Assembly: GCA_965207735.1 (NCBI GenBank)
Contig: OZ242296.1
Span: 5,120,001-5,184,000 of the forward strand
Direction of reading: 5' to 3'
From: Candidatus Versatilivorator sp.
Lineage (GTDB): Bacteria > Acidobacteriota > Terriglobia > Versatilivoradales > Versatilivoraceae
DNA: 64,000 nt
Shown: one piece after another, positions 7,715 to 16,239 of the stretch
Layout: each line of letters begins with the position of its first letter
Numbering within the stretch: position 1 is the first letter of the stretch
Program-made: the position numbers and the translations under genes
Notes under the pieces: generated by a model
The model's database searches: none
Told to the model about the DNA's origin: nothing
Seen by the model: only the letters and a program-made list of their open reading frames with translations

Positions 7715-10120
7715 GTGAGACCACCGAAGTCGGCCCTCAGACAGCCGCCGCAATGGGAACCGATTGTCGGTCGGGCGCGGCGCCCCATGCCTCTGCGGAC
7801 CGCCGTCAGTGCGATTCTGATGCTGCTGCCGGCTTTCTTGGCAAGCCCTCACGGTCGTAGTGCGGACCCACCCGGCAAGGAGGCTCTTGCCAGCCACCGG
7901 AAAATGCTACAGGTCCTGAGTGAACTCAAGCAGCGCGTTCCCGACCGCGATCCGGTGCTGGGTGACTTCCGGGCTCGCCACCTGCGGGCGGAACTGGAAG
8001 CCCTGGAGGCCGGCCGCAAGAAGGCCGGGTTCTTTCCCCAAGTGACGCGCTGGAGGCTCCATTTCGACCTGGCCCGGGAGGAACTGCAGCTGGGTAACGA
8101 GCAGCGCGCCCTGGAGCATTCCGGCGCCGCCTTCAGCCTGCTGCCTCAAGTCGAGAACCTGTTGCGGGCGGACCTGCCCATCCGGCTGCGCTTCCAGCTC
8201 GGGGTGTCTCACCTGCGTGTCGGAGAGACCCAGAACTGCTGCCTGCGGGCCAATCCCGACAGTTGCATTCTGCCCATCCGGGAAGGGGGTATCCATACCG
8301 AGCCGGAGGGATCCCGGCAGGCCATCCGCTATTTCACTCAGGTGCTGGAACGCTCGGCCTCGGACTCCATTGCCTACCTGGAGTCCCGCTGGCTGCTGAA
8401 CATCGCCCATATGACCCTGGGGACCTACCCCGAGGGCGTGCCCCGGGCCTATCTCATCCCTCCCGGCACGTTCGAGTCCGATGCGCCCTTCCCCAGGTTC
8501 CACAACATCGCGGCCGATCTGGGACTGGACACCTTCAACCTGGCCGGCGGCGCCTGTGCCGACGACTTCAACAACGACGGCTATCTGGACCTGGTCGTTT
8601 CCACCTGGGACCCGGCGGAGCAGATGCGCTTCTTCCTGAACAAGGGGGACGGTTCCTTCGTGGACCGGACCCGGGAAGCCGGGCTGACCGGGCTCTTGGG
8701 TGGCATCAATCTGCTGCAGGGCGATTACGACAACGACGGCCACCTGGACCTGCTGGTCCTGCGGGGGGGATGGCTGGGGGACAGCGACCGGCATCCCAAC
8801 TCGCTCCTCAGAAACAACGGCGACGGGACCTTCACCGACGTGACCTTCCTGGCGGGACTGGGCGAGGTGCACTATCCCACCCAGACGGCCTCCTGGGCGG
8901 ACTACGACAACGACGGCCACCTGGACCTCTATGTCGGCAACGAAGCCACCCGCCGAGGGATCTTTCTGCCCCAACGCCTGGGCGAGGTCGAGGACGACCG
9001 GCTGCCCTTTCCCTGCCAACTCTTCCGCAACAACGGCGACGGCACCTTCACGGACGTGGCCCGGCAGGCGGGGGTCGCCAACAATCGCTGGACCAAGGGA
9101 GTGATCTGGGCGGACTATGACGGAGACCGCTATCCCGACCTCTACGTCTCCAATTTCTGGGAGCCCAATCGGCTCTACCGCAACAACCGGGACGGAACCT
9201 TTACCGACGTGGCCGGCAGGCTGGGCGTCAGCGGCCCCATGGCCAGTTTCCCGGCCTGGTTTTGGGATTTCGACAACGACGGGACCCAGGATCTCTACGT
9301 TTCGGCCTATATGACCGAAGTGGCCGACCTGGCTTCCGCCAGTTTGGGCCTCCCCTTTGAAACCGAGCTGCCTCGGCTCTATCGCGGCGACGGGTCGGGA
9401 GGTTTTGAAGAGGTGAGCCGGCAACTCCACCTCGACCGGCCTTCGGCCCCCATGGGATCCAACTTCGGAGATCTGGACAACGACGGCTTTCTCGACTTTT
9501 ACCTGGGCACCGGCACCCCGGACTACCACGACCTGATGCCCAATCTGATGTACCGCAACCTGGAAGGGAAAGGGTTCGCCGACGTCTCCATCGCCGGCGG
9601 CTTTGCCCACCTGCAGAAAGGACACGGGGTGGTTTTCGCCGACTTCGACCACGATGGGGACCAGGACATCTTCGAGCAGATGGGCGGCTCTTACGCGGGC
9701 GACAAGTACGCCGACGCCTTCTACGAGAATCCCGGTTTCGGTAATCGCTGGATCGCAGTCCAGCTCGTGGGGAAGCGCTCCAACCGATCCGCCGTCGGCG
9801 CCCGCATTCGTCTGGAGGTGGAGGAGGAGGGCAAGCCCCGGACCATCTTCAAGACGGTCAACAGCGGCGGCACCTTCGGCGCCAACCCCTTGCGCCAGAC
9901 CATCGGGTTGGGCCGGGCGTCGACAGTCCTCCGCCTGGAGGTCTTCTGGCCCACCAGCGGCCAGACCCAGGTCTTCCGGGATGTGCCCGTGGATCGGTTC
10001 ATCCGCATCGTGGAGGGTGAAGACCGGTACCGCCGGCTCTCACTGCCGAAGTTCCTCCTGGGCGGGAGGGCCAAGAATGAGCGGCAGGCCGGCTTGCCGC
10101 GGGAGCAAGGGGCAAGATAA
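7715..10120 (+). CDS. CRTAC1 family (FG-GAP repeats + ASPIC/UnbV) protein with N-terminal helical domain
   Basis: Many DxDNDGxLDL repeats and FRNNGDGTFTDV motifs; C-terminal SNRSAVGARI...IGLG ASPIC/UnbV segment. Start is 7715 (GGAGG upstream) or 7787. Confidence 0.9.
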   Translation: MRPPKSALRQPPQWEPIVGRARRPMPLRTAVSAILMLLPAFLASPHGRSADPPGKEALASHRKMLQVLSELKQRVPDRDPVLGDFRARHLRAELEALEAGRKKAGFFPQVTRWRLHFDLAREELQLGNEQRALEHSGAAFSLLPQVENLLRADLPIRLRFQLGVSHLRVGETQNCCLRANPDSCILPIREGGIHTEPEGSRQAIRYFTQVLERSASDSIAYLESRWLLNIAHMTLGTYPEGVPRAYLIPPGTFESDAPFPRFHNIAADLGLDTFNLAGGACADDFNNDGYLDLVVSTWDPAEQMRFFLNKGDGSFVDRTREAGLTGLLGGINLLQGDYDNDGHLDLLVLRGGWLGDSDRHPNSLLRNNGDGTFTDVTFLAGLGEVHYPTQTASWADYDNDGHLDLYVGNEATRRGIFLPQRLGEVEDDRLPFPCQLFRNNGDGTFTDVARQAGVANNRWTKGVIWADYDGDRYPDLYVSNFWEPNRLYRNNRDGTFTDVAGRLGVSGPMASFPAWFWDFDNDGTQDLYVSAYMTEVADLASASLGLPFETELPRLYRGDGSGGFEEVSRQLHLDRPSAPMGSNFGDLDNDGFLDFYLGTGTPDYHDLMPNLMYRNLEGKGFADVSIAGGFAHLQKGHGVVFADFDHDGDQDIFEQMGGSYAGDKYADAFYENPGFGNRWIAVQLVGKRSNRSAVGARIRLEVEEEGKPRTIFKTVNSGGTFGANPLRQTIGLGRASTVLRLEVFWPTSGQTQVFRDVPVDRFIRIVEGEDRYRRLSLPKFLLGGRAKNERQAGLPREQGAR

Positions 10121-10233
10121 ATGGTCGAGTGTCGGACCGGGAGAGGTTTGGAAATGGATCGGTCAATCTTTGTCCCACCGGGGCTTTCGTGCCGGAGCCC
10201 GGTTCCCCTCCAAAGATCGGGTGGGTCAGTTCC

Positions 10234-11979
10234 ATGAATCGACATTCCTCTCAAGTGAAGCGCCGGCCTTGGCGCGGCCTGCTGGCAGCGCTTGGGGCGG
10301 CAGCCCTGGCTCCGGTCTGGGGAGGCATCGGAATACCGGCATGGCCGGACTCCCCATCCCCCTTTCGCGACAACCGGGCTGGGGCCGGCATCGATTTCCG
10401 GCACCAGCGAGGCGCTTCCGACCAGAAGCACCTGGTGGAGACGGTGGGCTCCGGATGCGCCCTGTTCGACTACGACAACGACGGGCGGCTGGATATTCTG
10501 CTGATCAACGGAGGCCTTACGCCCGACACCAGCGCCGCCGGGCCGGTTGGCCACGCGCTCTATCGCAACCTGGCCAACGGCCGCTTCCAGGAGGTGACCG
10601 CAAGGGCGGGGTTGGAGGGCAACGGCGCCTTCGGCATGGGCGTTGCCGTGGGCGACTACGACAATGACGGCGACCGCGACGTCTACATCACCAACTTCGG
10701 ACTCAACGCGCTCTATCGCAACAACGGGGACGGCACCTTCAGCGACGTTACGGCCAAAGCCGGCGTCGGCTGTTCCGACTGGAGCACCAGCGCCGCCTTC
10801 TTCGACCTGGAGAACGACGGCGACCTGGACCTCTACGTGACCAACTACCTGGAGACCAGCTTCGAGACCAGTCCCCACTGCGAGCTGAAGAACATTCGGA
10901 CCTATTGTTATCCTGGCAACTACGACGGCGTCGCCGACAGGCTATACGAGAACCTGGGCGGAGGTCGCTTCCGGGACGTGTCCTCCGCCGCCGGCATCCT
11001 CAACCCGGAGGGCAAGGGCCTGGGGGTGGTGGCGGCCGATTTCGACGATGACGGCTGGATGGACCTCTACGTCGCCAACGACACGGAAAGGAATTTCCAC
11101 TACCGGAACAATCGTCAGGGTGGATTCGAAGACATGACCCTGCTTTCGGGAACCGGCTACAACGAGGAGGCCAATCCGGAAGCGGGAATGGGCACCGACG
11201 CGGCCGACTACGACGGGGACGGCCTGATGGATATCGTGGTGACCAACTACGATATGGAGACCAACGCCCTCTACCGCAACCACCAGGACTGGCTGTTCAC
11301 CGATGAACGGGCCTCCTCCGGAGTCACCCGGGGAGATCAGTTCCTGCTGGGGTTCGGCACCGGGTTCCTGGATTTCGACAATGACGGGGATCAGGATCTG
11401 CTGGTGGTCAACGGACACGTCCTGGACAACGTCGAGCAAGTCCAGTTCGGCTTTCGTTACGCCCAGCCCGACATGCTGCTGGAGAACCGGCAGGGCAAGT
11501 TCAGCGAACACGCGGGCTTCTCGCGGGAGGCGGGACTGGAGCCGAGGGTCGGACGCGGTTCCTGCTTTGGAGATCTGGACAACGACGGCGATTTGGATGT
11601 CCTGGTCAACAACTGCGGCGGGCGGCCCCATCTGCTCATGAACCAGGTCGGGAGCCGGCGGAACTGGATTCTGCTTAACCTGATCGGTTCCCGCAGCAAC
11701 CGCGACGGCGTGGGGGCCAGGATCGAAGTGACGACTGCGGCCGGCCGGCAAATCGACCAGGTGACGGGAGGCGGAGGCTATCTGGGGGCCAGTGACCTGC
11801 GGGCTCACTTTGGCCTGGGCGATGCCGACCGGATCCAATCCCTGCGGATCCGTTGGCCGGGGGGCGCCGAAGAGGTGTATCGGGACCTGGACGCCAATCG
11901 GATACTCTCTATCAAGGAAGGTGCAGGGAAGGTAGAGGTCACGCGGGAATCGCAGCCGGCCGGGAACGTCGAACCGTAG
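10234..11979 (+). CDS. CRTAC1 family (FG-GAP + ASPIC/UnbV) protein
   Basis: ETVGSGCALFDYDNDG, EAGMG, GDLDNDGDLD, SNRDGVGARI, HFGLG; signal peptide follows ATG 10234 (track start 10129). Confidence 0.9.
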   Translation: MNRHSSQVKRRPWRGLLAALGAAALAPVWGGIGIPAWPDSPSPFRDNRAGAGIDFRHQRGASDQKHLVETVGSGCALFDYDNDGRLDILLINGGLTPDTSAAGPVGHALYRNLANGRFQEVTARAGLEGNGAFGMGVAVGDYDNDGDRDVYITNFGLNALYRNNGDGTFSDVTAKAGVGCSDWSTSAAFFDLENDGDLDLYVTNYLETSFETSPHCELKNIRTYCYPGNYDGVADRLYENLGGGRFRDVSSAAGILNPEGKGLGVVAADFDDDGWMDLYVANDTERNFHYRNNRQGGFEDMTLLSGTGYNEEANPEAGMGTDAADYDGDGLMDIVVTNYDMETNALYRNHQDWLFTDERASSGVTRGDQFLLGFGTGFLDFDNDGDQDLLVVNGHVLDNVEQVQFGFRYAQPDMLLENRQGKFSEHAGFSREAGLEPRVGRGSCFGDLDNDGDLDVLVNNCGGRPHLLMNQVGSRRNWILLNLIGSRSNRDGVGARIEVTTAAGRQIDQVTGGGGYLGASDLRAHFGLGDADRIQSLRIRWPGGAEEVYRDLDANRILSIKEGAGKVEVTRESQPAGNVEP

Positions 11980-12008
11980 CGAGGCAGGAGGTCGGACCGA
12001 CAAGGAAT

Positions 12009-12102
12009 GAATTGTTGATTGCTGATTTCTGATTGTAGATTGGGGTGTTGTGATAGATGGCTTTGCCTCGAATCAAAATATCGGCAATCCAAATACCACA
12101 AT
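12009..12102. repeat. Degenerate 7-mer inverted-arm repeat (ATTGxxG type)
   Basis: ATTGTTG ATTGCTG ATTTCTG ATTGTAG ATTG, then a loosely complementary AATCAAA...CAATCCAAAT arm. Confidence 0.55.
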
Positions 12103-12178
12103 GCCTGACTCATCCTTCATCGTTGTCTCGGCTCGACAGATCAGGTGCAGCGTCCCCTATGCGCGCTCAAGATGCTGG

Positions 12179-12280
12179 AGCGGGACCATTGCCGGGAATG
12201 GCCACAAAAGGCACAAAAACACAAAAAGAGCAGGACGATCTCAGAAAATTCGTTTTGTGACTTTTGTGCTTTTTGTGGTT
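12179..12280. repeat. 9-mer inverted-arm element (CACAAAAGG type)
   Basis: CCACAAAAGGCACAAAAACACAAAA ... TTTTGTGACTTTTGTGCTTTTTGTGG; the left 50 bp are nearly identical to 20613-20662. Confidence 0.85.
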
Positions 12281-12526
12281 GGAGAGCATTTCTCACCAGG
12301 TCGCACCCGATATGAAAAAAGGTACAACATCAGGTTTGCCGGCAAAAATGACCTGCCCCGCTTGTCGTTGAGGGAGGGCCATGTTTCTTTTTGTCTATTC
12401 GTGTTCATTCGTGGTTCGAGTTCATTAACGATCGGCCGTTTTTCCTCATATGATCCGCAGGGCAGGGCGGGGACTTGGGCGGGGCCCGGGTCGCTGTGTC
12501 ATTGCCTTTGAGGTTGGAGGTGGTCC

Positions 12527-13348
12527 ATGTCGGTTATGAATAATGGTCGTACCGGGGCCACGAGGACCTTGATCGTGATGGCCCTGGGTTTGTGGCTGGT
12601 TCTGCCGGTGGGCGGTCAATGGCAGAAGAAGCCCTTTCAGGAGTGGACTCGGGATGAAGCCCGCAAGGTATTGAGAAAATCTCCCTGGGGGAAGTCCCAC
12701 CTCTTCGTCATCCCCTCGGGGGACGGCTATGAGAGAGACCTGCGGAACGAACGAGCGGCCTGGCCCGGCCTGGACCCCCAAGGGCCTCCCGACCCGACCC
12801 GATCCGGCGATGTGGACCAGCGCCTGGCCTCCCGTTCCGACGACCCGCTGGACGACCCGCGCAACTCCATCAGGCAGGGGGAATCTCGGGATGGCGGCGC
12901 CAGGCGCGCGGCTGAACGCTATCGCGTCTTCTGGTACTCCTCTCTCAGGGTCCGTCAATCCATTGGCCGGCTTCGCCAACTCCGGGGGTTGGACCTGAAG
13001 GAACAGATGCAGGCGCTTCACGGGCAATCCCGCCGACATCACATCATCGCCGTGGCCGGCTCGGTTTCCAGATTCTATCGCCGCGCCACCCTGGAGGAGA
13101 TCCAGGGAAAGACCTTCCTGCTGTCCGGAAAGCGCAAGCCCAAGAAGATCGCCCCGGTACAGTTCGTGGGTCCGGAGACCTTGCGTTTCCCTATGGCTCT
13201 CTTCCTCTTTCCCCGGGTCACAGAGGCGGGGCGGTCGGTGGAACTGAGAGACGGGGAAGCCCGGTTCATCAGCCGTCACGGGCCTCTGAAGGTGAAGACT
13301 TCCTTCAAGCTGAAGAAGATGAAGACGGACGGTAAGCTGGACCTTTAA
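12527..13348 (+). CDS. Exported hypothetical protein
   Basis: GGAGG RBS; signal peptide; WQKKPFQEWTRDEARKVLRKSPW N-terminus and FKLKKM...GKLDL C-terminus; 273 aa. Confidence 0.8.
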   Translation: MSVMNNGRTGATRTLIVMALGLWLVLPVGGQWQKKPFQEWTRDEARKVLRKSPWGKSHLFVIPSGDGYERDLRNERAAWPGLDPQGPPDPTRSGDVDQRLASRSDDPLDDPRNSIRQGESRDGGARRAAERYRVFWYSSLRVRQSIGRLRQLRGLDLKEQMQALHGQSRRHHIIAVAGSVSRFYRRATLEEIQGKTFLLSGKRKPKKIAPVQFVGPETLRFPMALFLFPRVTEAGRSVELRDGEARFISRHGPLKVKTSFKLKKMKTDGKLDL

Positions 13349-13352
13349 CGGC

Positions 13353-13515
13353 AGTGGAGAGTGGAGAGTGGATAGTGTTCTGTCTTAGAAATAGGGTTGC
13401 CATATTTCGGGGCGCAACGGCTCGGATTCCAGGAGCGACGATGCTTTACGCATCGATCAAAAAACTCTCCACTCTCCACTCTTCACTCTCCACTCTCCAC
13501 TCACCACTCTCCACT
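13353..13515. repeat. 7-mer inverted-arm element (AGTGGAG / CTCCACT)
   Basis: Left arm AGTGGAG x3 at 13353-13377; right arm about 7 units of CTCCACT at 13465-13515; an identical arm is inverted at 51852-51885. Confidence 0.9.
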
Positions 13516-15882
13516 ATTCTCGGAATTGCGGTGCTGCTGGCTGCTTGCGTCATCCTGATCGGGCAAGCTGTCGTTTCCCGGGCGTCGGAGGCGGATGCCG
13601 CTCCCGGGTACCTCGACCCGCAAACCTGCCAGCCCTGCCACGCCGAAATCTACCGGAGCTATCAGAAGGTGGCCATGGGGCGTTCCTTTTACAAGCCCTC
13701 CCCCGCGAACGTCATCGAGGATTACACCACCGACAACCACCTCTTTCACGCGCCCTCCAATCGCCATTACCGGATGGTGCAGCGCAACGGCAAGTTCTAC
13801 CAGAGACGCTACCAGTTGGACGATCAGGGCAGGGAAAAGAACGTCTTCGAACTGGAAGTGACCCACATCATGGGTTCCGGCAACCATGCCCGAACCTATC
13901 TGAGCCTGGCCGAGAATGGCGTGTTGCGGCAACTGCCGGTGAGCTGGTATTCCCAGGGCAAGGGCTGGGGGATGAGTCCGGGGTACGACCATGCCCGCCA
14001 CGACGATTTCCGCCGCCGGGTCGGCCACTCCTGCATGTTCTGCCACAACGGCTATCCGCGGCTTCCCGAGCCCAGCGACCGCTACGGTCGGCAGAGCCGC
14101 TTCCCCCGCGATCTGCCCTCCGGCATCGACTGCCAGCGCTGCCACGGTCCCGGTTCTCGGCATGTGGATCTGTTGTCGAGTGGAGAGTCGGCCACGGAGG
14201 CGGTCCGCGCGGCCATCCTCAATCCCGCCCGTTTGAGTCCGGAGCGCCAGATGGACGTATGCATGCAGTGTCACGTCCAGTCCACGCTGGGCAACCTGGG
14301 AGACCGGGTCCGGCGGGCTGGGCGCTCCGTCTATTCCTTCCGTCCCGGAGAGTCGCTGGATGACTACATCGTGCACTTCGACCTGGTGGGACCCGATCCC
14401 GGCAGGCCGGCGGACCGTTTCGAGATCGACAGCACTGCCTATCGGCTGCTCCAGTCAAGCTGTTTCCAGGAGAGCCAGGGAGCCATGACCTGCACCACCT
14501 GCCACGATCCCCATACGACGCCCCGAGGGCCGGATGCGGTTCAACATTTCCGCCAGCGCTGCATGAGCTGCCACCCCAGCCTTTCGGTCCGGGTCCACCC
14601 GCAGCCGGGTCAAAGCGATTGCGTGGCTTGCCACATGCCCAGGCGGCGGACCGAGGACGCCGTTCACGTGGTGATGACCGACCACTGGATTCAGAGCCGT
14701 CCGCCCGAGCGGGACCTGCTGGCCCCGCTCGAGGAAGACCATACTCCCCATGAAGGGACGGTGGTGCTGAACGACCCGGAGGCGCTTCCGGCATCGGTAC
14801 GGGACATTTATTGGGGGTTGGCCCAAGTCCGGTCTCCCTCCCACCTCCGGCGGGGCCTGAGCAAGCTGGAGGACCGCTTGAGCCGGGAGACCTCTTTCCA
14901 TCCGCAAGTTCTTGCCGAATGGGGCAAGGCTCTGCTGGAGGCCGGCGAACGGGACTCTGCCGAGGCTCGATTGCGCCAGGCCCTGCAGCAGGATTCCAAC
15001 ATGGTCACTGCCCGCACCAGGCTGGCGGACATGCTGAGAGAGCAGGAGAACTGGGATCAGGCCGTCCGCCACTACCGGATGGCCTTGGCGGTCGATCCCA
15101 GCTATGGAGAGGCCGAGATCGGTCTGGGGCTCATCGCGAAGGGACAGGGGCAGATCGAATCGGCCATCGCCCACTTTCGCCGGGCAGTGAAGCACAACCC
15201 CTTTCTGGCCGAAGGTTTTGCCAATCTGGGGACGGTCTATCTCCAGCAAGGGGAGTGGAACCGGGCCGTTCAAGAGCTTGAGAAAGCCTTGAGCATCGAA
15301 CCGGCCAACGCCCAGGTCCATCTGAATCTGGGAACGGCGCTGTCCAGAGCGGGCCGGCAACCCCAGGCCCTGGAGGCCTTCGCCGAGGCGGTTCGCCTCA
15401 AGCCGGACCTCTCCAAGGCTCACTACAGTCTGGGCCTGGCTCTGGCTCGCGCGGGCCGACCGGGGCAGGCGATCGAGGCATTCCGCCAAGCCATCCAACT
15501 CCAACCCGAAGACGCCGACTATCATTACAATCTGGGGGTGGCCCACAACGAGCTGGGACAGTTGGAAGAAGCCCTGGCGGCGTTTCGGGAAGCCGTCCGG
15601 CTGAGGCCGGAAGATGCCGAGGGCTATTCCAGTCTCGGCTTGGCCTACGCCCAACTGGGTCGGCTGCCCGAGGCTCTCGAGGCCTTTCAAAAGACGGCCT
15701 CCATTCGGCCCAACGATCCCGAAATCCGGTTCTTCTTGGGAATGGCCCATCTCACGTTGGGGAACAGGGAGGCGGCGCAGAAGGAATACGAGACATTGAA
15801 GCGCCTGGGCGCGCACAAGAGGGCGGGAATGCTGAATGACCAGATGGACCGGCAAAATCCTGGCGACCCGCCCCGGGATTAG
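13441..15882 (+). CDS. Heptaheme cytochrome c - TPR fusion protein (paralog 1)
   Basis: Seven CxxCH (CQPCH, CMFCH, CQRCH, CMQCH, CTTCH, CMSCH, CVACH) followed by many TPR repeats (AHYSLGLAL, YHYNLGVAH); AGGAG before ATG 13441. Confidence 0.88.
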   Translation: MLYASIKKLSTLHSSLSTLHSPLSTILGIAVLLAACVILIGQAVVSRASEADAAPGYLDPQTCQPCHAEIYRSYQKVAMGRSFYKPSPANVIEDYTTDNHLFHAPSNRHYRMVQRNGKFYQRRYQLDDQGREKNVFELEVTHIMGSGNHARTYLSLAENGVLRQLPVSWYSQGKGWGMSPGYDHARHDDFRRRVGHSCMFCHNGYPRLPEPSDRYGRQSRFPRDLPSGIDCQRCHGPGSRHVDLLSSGESATEAVRAAILNPARLSPERQMDVCMQCHVQSTLGNLGDRVRRAGRSVYSFRPGESLDDYIVHFDLVGPDPGRPADRFEIDSTAYRLLQSSCFQESQGAMTCTTCHDPHTTPRGPDAVQHFRQRCMSCHPSLSVRVHPQPGQSDCVACHMPRRRTEDAVHVVMTDHWIQSRPPERDLLAPLEEDHTPHEGTVVLNDPEALPASVRDIYWGLAQVRSPSHLRRGLSKLEDRLSRETSFHPQVLAEWGKALLEAGERDSAEARLRQALQQDSNMVTARTRLADMLREQENWDQAVRHYRMALAVDPSYGEAEIGLGLIAKGQGQIESAIAHFRRAVKHNPFLAEGFANLGTVYLQQGEWNRAVQELEKALSIEPANAQVHLNLGTALSRAGRQPQALEAFAEAVRLKPDLSKAHYSLGLALARAGRPGQAIEAFRQAIQLQPEDADYHYNLGVAHNELGQLEEALAAFREAVRLRPEDAEGYSSLGLAYAQLGRLPEALEAFQKTASIRPNDPEIRFFLGMAHLTLGNREAAQKEYETLKRLGAHKRAGMLNDQMDRQNPGDPPRD

Positions 15883-16047
15883 GTCGGAATACTTCCACCG
15901 GGGGACGCCCGGAAGCGGGGAAACCACACAGAGATAATCTAGGGGAATTTCCCGTCCCCGGGCAGTGTTGTGGGTAAGGAGAGAGCTGCGAAGCTGCGGT
16001 TGGAGTGGGTAGGCCGAGCAAACGCTTACTACAAGCCATCCTTATCG

Positions 16048-16131
16048 AGCAGCGTAGCTGCGGTCTCGGGTAGCCCCGGGCGGGAGCCCGGGGTCGTTGG
16101 GTCTCGGCAACCTCGCAGCCGCGAAGCGGCG
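16048..16131 (+). repeat. REP-like three-hairpin repeat
   Basis: AGCAGCGTAGCTGCG...TAGCCCCGGGCGGGAGCCCGGGG...AGCCGCGAAGCGGCG; same architecture as 31214-31300. Confidence 0.65.
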
Positions 16132-16239
16132 GATCAGTGGTGTCTGTCGGGAACACACCAATTCGCCAAAGAAACGTTAAACACATATCAAGGTGGGAGT
16201 GTTGTGGGCGGCCTCGCGCCACTCTCAGGGAATGCTGGT

